Below are positions 36,341 through 47,288 of a DNA stretch of 64,000 nt, in pieces; position 1 is the first letter of the stretch, and every line of letters starts with the position of its first letter. The notes beneath the pieces are model-generated. The model saw only the letters and a list, made by a program, of their open reading frames with translations, was not told the DNA's origin and searched no databases. The stretch is taken from positions 74,712,001 to 74,776,000 of the forward strand of contig NC_087437.1 in assembly GCF_036321535.1 (NCBI RefSeq), given 5' to 3'. The position numbers and the translations under genes were made by a program. The stretch is from Camelus dromedarius (lineage: Eukaryota).

Positions 36341-36959
36341 TAAAGCCCTCTCTAAATTGCACACTCCTCTCCTAATACCTCCCCATTTCTCTGCTTATCT
36401 TGTCAGAAAAAATCCCCCTAAAGAGCTGCCTATGCTTACTATCTCTACTTCCTTGATTTCTCCCTTCACGTCTCTCCAGTCAGGTTTCCTACCCAGTGTT
36501 CCACAGAAACTGCCTTTGCCAAAGTTATCAGTGATGTCTTTGTTGTCATCTTCAAGAGATATTTCTGGTTCTTATCTTACTGTACCTCTCAACGTAATCC
36601 AACAAAGTTGATTCTTATTTTCTTCGTGAAACAACTCCCTTTCTTTGTAACGTCATCCTTGACTGACCTCCTTTCTCACTAGTCTCTTTCTCAGTCTTTT
36701 TTCCTGGCTTCTCCTGAATAAACAAAGTCAAATCAAGCTTTTTCGTTTCATCTTTGTGCCTATCCCAGTACCAAGCTCTTGAGAGCACACAGTCAGTATT
36801 TGCTGGATGAGTGAATGAAGAAGTGAATGGATAGACAGATGGATGAATTAATAAATGGAATGTTATGGATGTGTGTAGGTAAGAAAGCTTAATTTTGCTT
36901 GAGGCAGTCAGAAAAGTTTTTCTGAAGAAGGTGAAAATTAACCTGTGTTGAGAGAGTGT

Positions 36960-37760
36960 CAGACCTGTCTAGTGAACCAATAAAGCATTTATTTCCAGAA
37001 ATAAGTGTTACTATAAAATTGACATAGTGTACCATTCCTTTGGAAGCTTTGGGAGAATGTTTTATTCCAGAAGGAGAAAATAAACCAAGAAAGAGAAAAA
37101 TGTAAGATCCAGGAGATCCAACACAAGTGAGAGGAAAAGGAAATCCCTCGGAAGATTGGTGAGGGAGAAGCTATGATGATGGCTGAGCATCAGGCCCAGA
37201 AATGAACAGTCCAGATTGGATTAGGAGGGCAGACCCCTGCAAGAGGAGTCTGATGGAATGTACTTCTGCCAAGGAAATTGAATCTGATAGGTACGTAGAA
37301 ATCCAGGTTAATTAAAAAGGGAGAGTTATTAAATATAGGTAAAATCAAAAGTTACAAAAAAGAAGAGCATAATGGCTCACGTGTAGGTAGTGTTTATACA
37401 GTCATAATAATGCAAATCCTGTTTATTCATTTAATTAAAGTTATGTTTTACCTCTATTGGAAAGAGTAAAGAAAGGGAAAAATCTGTGCTTTGGGGAGGG
37501 ATATGCATGAAAGGGAGCTAAATTCTCACGTTCTGCATGGGAAATTCATTAAAAATGGCTAAAACTGAAAAATTATTAAGTAGCCTTATAAATATATTAT
37601 TTAGATATAAGGAGTTAAATACTAAAAGAAAAAGCCAAAATAGTTGGAAATGGTTGCCCTCTGGAAAATAATGGGGGGGTAAAGTGATTACTTCTTTTTT
37701 GCAATAATCCATGTAGAAATATTTAACATTAGAATATACATTAAAAATAATAAAATAAGG
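36960..37760 (+). mobile_element. HAL1-like element
   Basis: 'aaaccaagaaagagaaaaatgtaagatccaggagatccaacacaagtgagagg...gaacagtccagattgga' matches the recalled HAL1 consensus. Confidence 0.7.
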
Positions 37761-38804
37761 CAGAAGAGATGTTAAACATTTATTTTCCTGCCCCATCCCA
37801 GTTCAGAAGGCCATTTAAGAATGGCTCTTGAACCCACTGGCCCCACTTCCTCAGAACCAAGCTTTTTGGCTCACTGGAATTTATTTTTTCTCAATATCAT
37901 GCATAATGGAATAGAGTTGTTGTGTTCCTTTTAAGGAGATTTATTCTAAATTCCCACACTGCTGAACAGGAAAAGAGCATACAAACCAAAGCTGGAGGAA
38001 AGGGCATAGTTCTATGCACACTAAGTTTCTCCAATCTATTGTATGGGTCACTATGTAACCAATAACATTTCCTGGCTTCTGGTATTATTCAAGAAGCTGA
38101 GTCATTATCTTAACTTTCCAAAATGGATCAGCAAACAACTGATTTTCCAAATGTGATATTGTCAGTTCAGGGTAAAGCTTGTTTCTCTGGCTTCTTGGTG
38201 TATGTTTAAGAAAAATTCAGGAAATTTGAGAATCTTAGCATGAAGACTTTTATTTGTAACATTGAAAATTATTTTACTAATGGACTATGGAAAAATTCTA
38301 ACATAATTGTAAAACCTGAGAAATGTCACAGATTATTGGTAGACATATTTTCCTTCACATATGTGGATTCTTGCCCTTGGATTCTATTATTCTTTAATAA
38401 TTATATTTCCAGTGTTTCTAGACAATATTTATGAGCCTTTTGAGTCCTCCTAAGGCAGAAATTTATTTACATAAAAGACAAAATAAGAACAAGTTTCATT
38501 ATATTTCTCTGATAAGTGATGCACTTCTTAGGGATGCAATAGCACCATGAAAGCTTATCAAAATCATTGTAAAATGTAATATCAAATTATGTTTTGAACA
38601 ACACTGACCACAGTATTTAGCAAAAATGTCATGTACAATTGCTCCCTGATTCTCTTTTCTGAATGTGTGCTGTAGATTTCCTTATAAAATACTATTCAGT
38701 GTGTATTTTGGGGTGAAAGGAAATATTGATTAAACTAGTTCCCCCAAACTGGAGCCTGTAAATGAGAAGTGTTTCTGTAACTGTCTGAGCTGAGCATCCA
38801 GTTT

Positions 38805-39010
38805 CGAAATGCCTAGATTCAAATGTCACTGCTAATACTTATCAACTATGTGACCTCAGGCAAGTTTCTTAACCTCTCTGTGTCTCAGTTTTATCATTGT
38901 AAAACAGTGCAGTTAAAAGTATTGATGTCGTTATGTTGTTATAATGACAAAACTTGGATCAACTGGCACACTGAAAGTGTCATATAGCCTTATGAATTTA
39001 GTCATTATTG
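38805..39010 (+). mobile_element. MIR SINE
   Basis: Core 'ctatgtgacctcaggcaagtttcttaacctctctgtgtctcagttttatcattgtaaaa'. Confidence 0.85.
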
Positions 39011-39414
39011 TTGGAAATGTTCTTGACTTCTCTAAGTCTCAGCGATTGCAGGGAAGCAAAAACTATCGCCTATGCTTCCTCTGGTAAGGTGCCAGTTTCT
39101 GCCTCAGGATATGCTCAGAGCTCTCTAGAATGGAATTTTCCATACAGTCCTCCAAAGATAAATTTAAGGAGATGTACATGGAGAATGGGAAATAGGAATC
39201 ATGTCAATCAGCTAGCTGATGTTTGATTGAGTCCAAGCTCATGATTCTTGCCTTCAAAGTTGGAGACATAAGATTTAGACATATATCATTTACGAAGGAA
39301 TGTTTTCAGTTGTTAAGTATTAGAACACACAGTGGCTCAGTCAGTCATCATCTTTTGTTATCTTATATAACTTGCAATCTGGAGATAGATAGTTTCTAGT
39401 TAGGGGAAAGCAGT

Positions 39415-39544
39415 GGGAAAGCAGCCATCTGGAAATCCATACCAGAAATCAAACTGGCCAACAGAATTGTGAGAAAATAAATTTCTGTAGTTTAAGCCAC
39501 CCAGTCCGTGGAGTTTGTTATGGCAGTCCAAGCTGACTATTACA
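39415..39544 (+). mobile_element. MLT1 LTR 3' fragment
   Basis: 'cagaattgtgagaaaataaatttctgtagtttaagccacccagtccgtggagtttgttatggcag...taca'. Confidence 0.75.
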
Positions 39545-41659
39545 GGAGGAAAATTTTTCCTAGAAACTTCTTGGTAAATTTTGCTTTACATTTAGTTACT
39601 GGAAAAAAGTCACATAGCCATGGATAGCTCCATGGAAAGTTGGGAAACTATGTGACAACATGCAGTGAGACGAGCACAATTGGCTTCTATCAGTCATAGC
39701 TGATCATGTGTGGCTGGATACATCATCATCCCTAACAAAGCAGATGTTCCATTCACAGGGGACAAAGGCAGTAGCTCTCAGATGGGCAAATGACATTTTT
39801 GCCACAGAGCCTGGAACAATTAGACAACTATACACACAAATTACATCCAAGTAGATATTCAGTTTATAAAATTGGGAGTGACCTCTAAGTATCTTAGGAA
39901 TTAGAGAGGCAAACACATCATTTGGAATCACAGAGAAGACAACATGGAGCAGATAAGACGTGTGCTAGAGGATCTTGTCCAGCCTCAAAAGTACCTGTGA
40001 ATTGCAACCATATGTATTTGGTTTATCCTGCATTCTCATTGCTGCATCTATCCACTCAGTAGAGTGAGGCAGAATCCAAAGTTCATCCTTGGTCTCTCCT
40101 TCATATGCCACACCCAATCAGTCACCAACATGATGATTGTATTCCAATATCCTTTATATTTACCTTTTCATTCCCCCAAATTACTCGTAACACATTTAAT
40201 AAGGGCTTTCCTTATATTTTGCCTAGACTATTGACTTCCTGATGTCCAGTGTTTTCCTCTTCCACACATTCTCTAAGCTGTAGCCAGTATACAACATGAT
40301 GGTACAATTTACCATCTTTTCATCATTCATCAGGACCGTCTAGATAAGGTCCAGTGCTCCTTATGTTCCTACCCTAGTCTATTTTCCCTGTCTCATCTCC
40401 TGTTCTATCACTCTGCTTGTCCAGGCGTGCAAATCTACTAGCAGCTGCCCCAGTGAATCCAGTGCTCTCACACTCCATCCATAGTTTATGCTATTTTCTC
40501 TCTACACTGATTATAGCCACCCAGATTCTTTACTTGATAAACTCCTATTTGTTCTTCAAGATTTGTCTCATGTGTCATCTGATGCTTTAGATTGAGTTAG
40601 GCCTCTATCCTTTATTTCCCTGTTTCTTGCCATAACTCTTGGTAAAGTCCTTTATTAACAGAAAGCAGAATTTTGTCTCAAAAATAGACATTATTGGGTA
40701 CTTTTGCAGACAATCTCATTTAATCCACACAACACTGTACTGTGAGAATTATTATAGACAAATCCCATTTAGCACAAGACGATTCCATTTGACATGGAAA
40801 GGATAACTGAATCTGGACTATTTGGGATCTGTACAGCAAAGGGCCATAGGAATGTCTTTCCCTATCTCGTCCGCCATTTGCTTCTTTTCAAGTCAGAAGT
40901 TGTGAGATAACTCCAGGCATAATTTCTGCAGACTATGATACAAACAATTGTCGGTAATTTTTCCCATTGTTGTTTAAATTGTCCTTCATATGTCATAGGG
41001 CTTCCACCAATCCCTGATTGACTCCTGAACTTTACCGTAGTTAGTTACTTCCATCAGTTTTATTGAAGGTGCTTGCTTATGATAAAATGTGCATTTTAAC
41101 ATCTGTTGTGAAACTCTGCCATAACACCTTGCAGCATCTCCAACACTATTTATTTGCCATTCATCAGCCATTAAGAGTTCACACTGCTCAACAAAACACG
41201 AAAAAATAGCAGAAAGAAAGATCATGTCAAAGTATGCAAATAAATTGGCTGGAAGCATATGATATTGGTTACTCTGTGTGTTGGATGATGGGTCATGAGA
41301 AAAATAAATATTAATTTTACTGCTCAGTGGTGTAATAAATACATTCTTCTCTCAAAAAATATAAAACTATTTCTGAGACAAACAGCCTGTAACAAACAGA
41401 CACCATACAGGGCAGAACTAAAAGAGGAATGTTGTGCTTACAGGAGAGATATCTGAGTCAGAGAGACTGGGAACTGGCCCCAGGCTACCTTTCTTGGGTC
41501 AGAGCCAAGATTTGAGCCCAAGTCTGCCTTGCTCCGCAGCAGATGTTCTTTTCACTGTACCACCCTCCTTCTCTAGAGCACTTGACACATGCTGTTGTAG
41601 TCACCATCATTATTATTTTTAACTGTCTCCCTTTTAACTGTCTCAGCTTCAGTTGATTG

Positions 41660-42373
41660 AGGAGGAGAATGTTGTGACTGGTTTGATTTTCTATCCAGAG
41701 CACTAAAACTTTCTCACACCGGCAATGAGACTGTTTCTCTTTCTTATTATTTGTGTTCATTGGAGTAGCGCTTTTAATATCCTTCAAGAACTTTTCCCTT
41801 GCATTCACAACTTGGTTAACTGGTGCAAGAGGCCTAAATTTCAGTTTATCTCAGCTTTTGACATAACCTTTCTCGCCAACCTTAATTACTTCTAGCTTTT
41901 GATTTAAAGTCAAAGACATGTGACTGTTCCTTGCAGTTGAATACTTAAGGCTGTTGTAGGGTTATTAATTGGCCTAATTTCAGTATTGTTGTGTCTCAGG
42001 GAATAGGGAGGCCCAAAGAAAGGGAGAGAGATGGGGAATGGCCGGTTGGTAGAGCTGTCAGAATCCATACAACATTTATCAGTTATCGATTAAGTTTGCC
42101 ATTTTATATGGTTGCAGTTTGTGGTGCCTGAAAACAACTCTAATAGTAATATCAAAGATTCCTGATCATGGATCACTACTATATCAAATATAATAATAAT
42201 AATGAAAACGCTTGAAATATTGTGAGAGTTGCCAAAGTGATACAGAGACATGCAGTGAGCAAGTGCTGTTGGAAAAATGGCACCAAAAGACTAGCTAGAC
42301 GAAGGGGTGCCACAAACCTTCAATTTGTAAAAAACACAGTATCTGTGATGTGCAATAAAATGAGGTATGCCTG
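41660..42373 (-). mobile_element. Tigger1 (Tc1/mariner, pogo family) DNA transposon, 5' part only
   Basis: TIR GAGGTATGCCTG ends at 42373 and is followed by TA. ORF 41485..41808 has [18 protein letters not shown]...[16 protein letters not shown], the Tigger1 transposase CENP-B-type HTH region. Confidence 0.92.
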
Positions 42374-42700
42374 TAATGTACAGCATGTGACTATAGTTAA
42401 TAATACTGAATGTAGACTTGAAATTTGCTAAGATAATGCTCCCTAAGTGTTCTCATCCAAAATAAAAACAAACAAAAAAAGAAACGGTAACAATGAGAGG
42501 TGATGTATGTATTAACAGTGATTGTGGTAATCACTTCACAATGTATACATGTATCAAATCATTATGTTGTACATTTTAAATATATTACAATTTTATATGT
42601 CAATTATGCCTCAAGAAGGCTGGAAAAGTAAAATATAATGTATATAAAATGAAAAAGAAAAAAGAATATTTCTCTAAAGCCAAGAAAAGACAAAAAAGAA
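42374..42700 (+). mobile_element. L1MA-like 3' end with A-rich tail
   Basis: 'taatgtacagcatgtgactatagttaataatactg...ggtaatcacttcacaatgtatacatgtatcaaatca'. Confidence 0.85.
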
Positions 42701-42715
42701 AAGATTAAAAAAAAA

Positions 42716-43225
42716 CAACCCATCTTTCTCACAGCCCCAGGAAAGCACTAATCTACTCTTTATCTTTATGAATTTGCCTATTTGGAACATTTCATATAAA
42801 TGGAATTATACGATATTTGTCCTTTTGTGTCTGGTTTCTGTCTCTTAGTATAATGTTTTCCATATTCATCTATGTTGTAGCATGTATCAATTTCATTCCT
42901 TTTTATTACTGAGTAATATTTTATTGTATGGACATACGGCCTTTGTTTATATATTCTTCCATTGATGGACATGAGGATTGTTTTCACTTTTTAGCTATTA
43001 TGAATGATACTGCTATATACATTTGTGTGCAAGTTTTTGTATGGACTTAAGTTTCATTTCCCTTGGGCATATACCTGCGAGAATTGCTGATTCTTATGGT
43101 GACTCCATGTTTAACATTTTGTAGAATGACAATCTGTTTATCAACGTGGCTGTACCTTTTTATAATTCCGCTAGCAGTGTATGTCCAATTTTCCACATCT
43201 TTGTGAGCATTTGCCATCATCTTTG
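42716..43225 (-). mobile_element. L1MB-like 3' region
   Basis: 'ggaacatttcatataaatggaattatacgatatttgtccttttgtgtctgg'. Minus-strand ORF fragments resemble the ORF2p C-terminus (IKYYSVIKRNE). Confidence 0.85.
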
Positions 43226-44295
43226 GTGGTGGTATCACTACCTAGATTCAAAAACGCTTGACATTTTGCCAAATGTTTTTCTTTTCTGTCCATTTGAAAG
43301 TAAGATATAAACATCATTGCACTTCGCTCTTGAAGAATTCAGCATGCCTCTCCTAAAAGTAAAGATGTTTTCTTACATTACTCCAATACAATGAATAAAT
43401 CTAAAATATCTAAGTTCCAATGTAAATTTTGATCTATCTTCACATTGTCCAATTATTACCAAAGCGACTTTATTCTGAATTAGAACCGAATCAAGTTCTA
43501 TGCATTATTTGTCTTTTATCCTTTTTAATCAGAGAATAGTCGTCTCCTTTTGTTTTTCTCTTTTGCATGACTTTTTTGAGGAAACTATAGCAGTTGTCTT
43601 GTAAAATGGCCTCATATCCTGTATTTAACTGACTGTTTACTTCCGGTGTCATTTATCAATGTGACCCTCTGTTTCATGAATTTACTATAAACTTGAAGTT
43701 AGTTCTAAAGGTGCCATTTGATTTTGGATAAATATTCTGGGCAAGAGTAGTTCATAGTTGATGCTGAGTACTCCGTATTTCAAATCCTTAGGTTGAGGAG
43801 GGGGAGGTTAGATAATACTAGGTTTCATCACTTGATTAGAATGGTGATGTTAAGATCTCTCCATTTATAAAGGTGAATTTTTTTTTAACTTGCAATGAGA
43901 AAATAATAAGCAAATAATCTGCAGAGTACTGTTAACCAAAATAATTTTACCTGAAGATTTTACCATCTGTTAATATTATTTTCTGCATCAATTATTTTAT
44001 GGTATGTTACAGATGAAAGATTTTCTATTTTTATCATTTTTATATATTTATTAGCTGGCATTCTTCTGTAAGAAGACTTTTTCTTGCTTCTAAAATGTCA
44101 GGGCAGATATTTAAACTAATTTTCAGAATAAAGAGTTGGTTTAATAATCATCCCCAGTGTTGGTAAATTAGCTTTTCTCTCTTATCTCTCTCATTTTCTT
44201 TCTACAGTTAATTTCACCTATTATTTTTTACAATAATTATAGGTTCAAAATTTCCCAAATTTACTGTAAAAGCATTTCTCAAGCTATATACTTTT

Positions 44296-44435
44296 TTAAA
44301 ATTTTACTTTCTTTTTTTTTTTTTTGAAGTATAGTCAGTTTACAATGTTTTGTCAGTTTCTGGTGTACAGCATAATACTTCAGTCATCCATGAATATGCA
44401 TATATTTGTTGTCATATTCTTTTGCACCGTAAGCC
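44296..44435 (-). mobile_element. Very short L1 3' tip with TSD
   Basis: Poly-T then 'gaagtatagtcagtttacaatg'. 14-bp TSD AGCTATATACTTTT at 44282-44295 and 44436-44449. Confidence 0.9.
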
Positions 44436-44714
44436 AGCTATATACTTTTGATGTGACCCCACTGATATTTGAATCCTCCTTTACCTCTGGCGTAAGATAT
44501 CCCAGATTGACTTTACATGCTTTCTGTTCCAGAATTGAAACCTGTCAATTTTCAAGGAGTCCAAGATTATGAGGAATGATTTATGGAAACTAATATTTGG
44601 ACATTAGTTGTATTAGTTTTCCAAAGATATCATTGTTTCTTGGCTTTTTCATATGTGAATGAGTATGTGTGTGTACATATATTATATATGTAATATGTAT
44701 TTAAATATATAATT

Positions 44715-46626
44715 TTTCATAGCCCAAGCTTCAGCCTTATTACTTAATACATGCTCAATCTTTGAAACACTAAAATTGATTTTTCCATATTTAATTAGAA
44801 GTACAGTTTAAAAATATTTAATGTCACCTATAGGTTTTTTTAAGATTGGAAAAAGTGTACAGTACATACAATAAAATCCAATTAGTTTTAAATATCATTA
44901 TATCTCTAGTTGACAAAGTCAGTCTTTTTAGTTGCTTCAGAATCTTTTGTTAACTATTCATATTTTTGTCAATAATGGAAGAAGGAATAGAAATCTCCAT
45001 TATCCTTTCAACACCATATATGCCACAGCATCCTCTGGAGTTGCTGTACTGTTCTTCAAGATTATTGGTCTCTTGTTCAGCAAGATGCATCTTTCTGTAG
45101 TAGGGGTCTAAGAGATAGATGACATTGAGAGGATGCCTAGTGCTCAGATGCTTTGGATTTACTGGAGCTCCCTAACCGATTAGTGGTTTTATCAAATTTC
45201 CTTTGGAACACAAGCATTTTCAGTCAAAACTTTCACCTGGAGTTCTATACCTCACTGCACAGGAGCCTGTTTTGATTACTTGAGTCAAAACAACCTAGAT
45301 TCATTTCTATAAACTCCATGTCTTTTCCTATGTCAAATGTCTCATTCTGGCCTTCATCTTTAGGTGATGGTGTCTCCAATCCTTGGGAAGTACTAAACTG
45401 CCTCATGTTAGAACATCCACTATGTTATCTGTATAGCGTATGAGTAGTCTTGGCCACACGTCATGGATACTGAGATCACATGGAAGATGAGTCTCTTGCA
45501 TAAATCAAATAGGTTCCATCAAAATAATTCCTGCCAATATTTGCAAATATTCTGTCATAGTGTGCTCCAAGAAATTGAATATATGATTAGAGTATCACTT
45601 TGTTCTTTTCATCTTCTTGAAAGATACTCACTCTAGACTGAAATCTTTCAGTTATCATTCCCAGTCTTAAGAGCAGGAGCTTGGTTCTCCTATTACAGGA
45701 TTTGTAAAATGGAAAAATCCTGTTGTCTTTACCCTGCCTGGTTCTTTTTCTTCAAGCTCTGATTGTTAGAAAGTTTTCTGGGCAATTTTCCTTCAGATTC
45801 TTAACAGTATTCAATCTACTGCTATTCTCTAAATTATTGCTTATAAACTTACATTATAAATTTGTATGCTGTGTTATAAAGCATATCTTTGTCCCTTTTA
45901 ACTTAATTTGATTTAACTTTGTTTTCCTTACTGCAACTTTTGAAAACTCTGGCATCAGTATCTTCATTATCTCTTGTCCTCCCTAGTCTGCTTGACCTTC
46001 CATTATGTATCTGCTTTTGAATTCTTTGCAAGTTTGCCATGCATCCATGGTCTGCTTCAGGTTCTATTTTCTTTGACTAAGAACTTTTATTTTCATCTGC
46101 AGTAGCATCTTGCAGCTTTATAGTAAATGGTCTCTGGTTTGTTGTGAGCCAAGCATAGGTACAACACTAATTTGAAAGCGTCTTTAAATTTGAAAAAAGA
46201 AGGTTCTTCTATGGTCATTGTTCTTGATCTTTTGTTATGTAATACTAAGATCCAGTGGGTATTAATGATCATAGAGTAATTGAGAGCAATAAAATCAGTC
46301 ACAGGAAGTGAACAGAAAGTAGGGTCCCTAATTTTCACTGCACTCATCAGTTGATTCAAAGCTCCTAGAAGGGGTTGTGTTTTCACTGCCCTGCTAAGGT
46401 GCTTTCGAGAGGTTTCTCAGGAAAACATCTACTCTCATAGGAGCCTGACACAGAAGGTCTTTTTCTGCCTGTTTTTCTGCCTTTTTCTCCCTTCTTTTTG
46501 TGCTTCTGTGCTTTTCTCCACCCCATCTTCTACCATCTACCCTCCTCTTCCTGTGGAACCTCTTTTCTTTTTCTTTTCCCTTTATCTGTCCAAGTGTATG
46601 TCATGATTATATATATATATATATAT

Positions 46627-46658
<32 letters not shown>

Positions 46659-46760
46659 ATATATATTTGTCCTCAAAGAGGCTTGAAGCATGTGCTGTGC
46701 TACCAAATGTCTTTTTCTCAATCTTTCAGAAACTCTCTCACCCTTATGATCCAAGACAGA
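44715..46760 (-). pseudogene. BRD7: BRD7 processed pseudogene (near full-length CDS plus 3' UTR, intronless, many stops and frameshifts)
   Basis: Minus-strand translation gives, in BRD7 order: SSLFEDK; bromodomain QPLLGALNQLM...SLPVTDFIALNYSMII...FKDAFKL...HNKPETIYYKAA; FKSCSKENK; NPVIGEP; RLGMITERFQS; HYDRIFANI; LSTRHPLNVIYLLDPYYRKMHLAEQETNNL; GIYGVERIMEISIPS. All lie within about 1.85 kb with no introns. A 3'-UTR-like segment has a decayed signal (AATAAG) near 44736-44741. Confidence 0.95.
46608..46666. repeat. Interrupted (TA)n microsatellite inside the BRD7 pseudogene
   Basis: About 59 bp of TA repeat with two TT interruptions, read directly. Confidence 0.95.
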
Positions 46761-47142
46761 GGGGCATATATTTTAGTCATGAACTAATGGTAATATTTCC
46801 TATTCAAATTTAATAATACATGCCTTTTCTTAATTCCTTTGATTTTATTGTTGTATCTCCTTTCTCTTATACTGTAAATCTTTCTAATTACATGAAATAA
46901 ATTTTATCATTTGCTTTATCCTACAATATATATAAAATTGTTTCAAAATTGCAATACTAATATTCCTACTAATAAGCCTGCTGCATGAAGTATAAAGTTT
47001 ATTTAGCTCTTTGTCTTTAGGCCATACCCCACTTGGAATGAAAAGACAGATTACTTTCTTTCCAAAATGACTTGAAATAATTATTTCTCTGCATGGTTAT
47101 TTGACCAACTTAATATATAGTTAGGTTCATTCATTTTACTTT

Positions 47143-47288
47143 TGTGTGTGTGTGTGTGTGTGTGTGTTTTAACATTTTTTTATTGAGTAATAGTCATTTT
47201 ACAATGTGTCAAATTCCAGTGTAGAGCACAATTTTTCAGTTATACATGAACATACTTATATTCATTGTCACATTTTTTTTTCACTGTG
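47143..47288 (-). mobile_element. Short young-family L1 3' tip with (TG)n at the tail/TSD junction
   Basis: 'ttttaacattttttattgagtaatagtcattttacaatgtgtcaaattccagtg' is near-identical to 49741-49800. Flanks are ATTTTACTTTTGTGT and ATTTTACTTTGTGT. Confidence 0.88.

Noticed and set aside
35820..36364. 172-aa and 130-aa ORFs as protein-coding genes
   Set aside because: They overlap on both strands, have no recognisable domain and reflect low stop-codon density in GC-rich sequence.
46093..46386. Functional stand-alone bromodomain microprotein
   Set aside because: The start is not ATG, the middle of the domain is frameshifted (NTHWILVLHNKRSRTMT replaces the conserved PMDFSTMK segment), and the surrounding CDS is full of stops.
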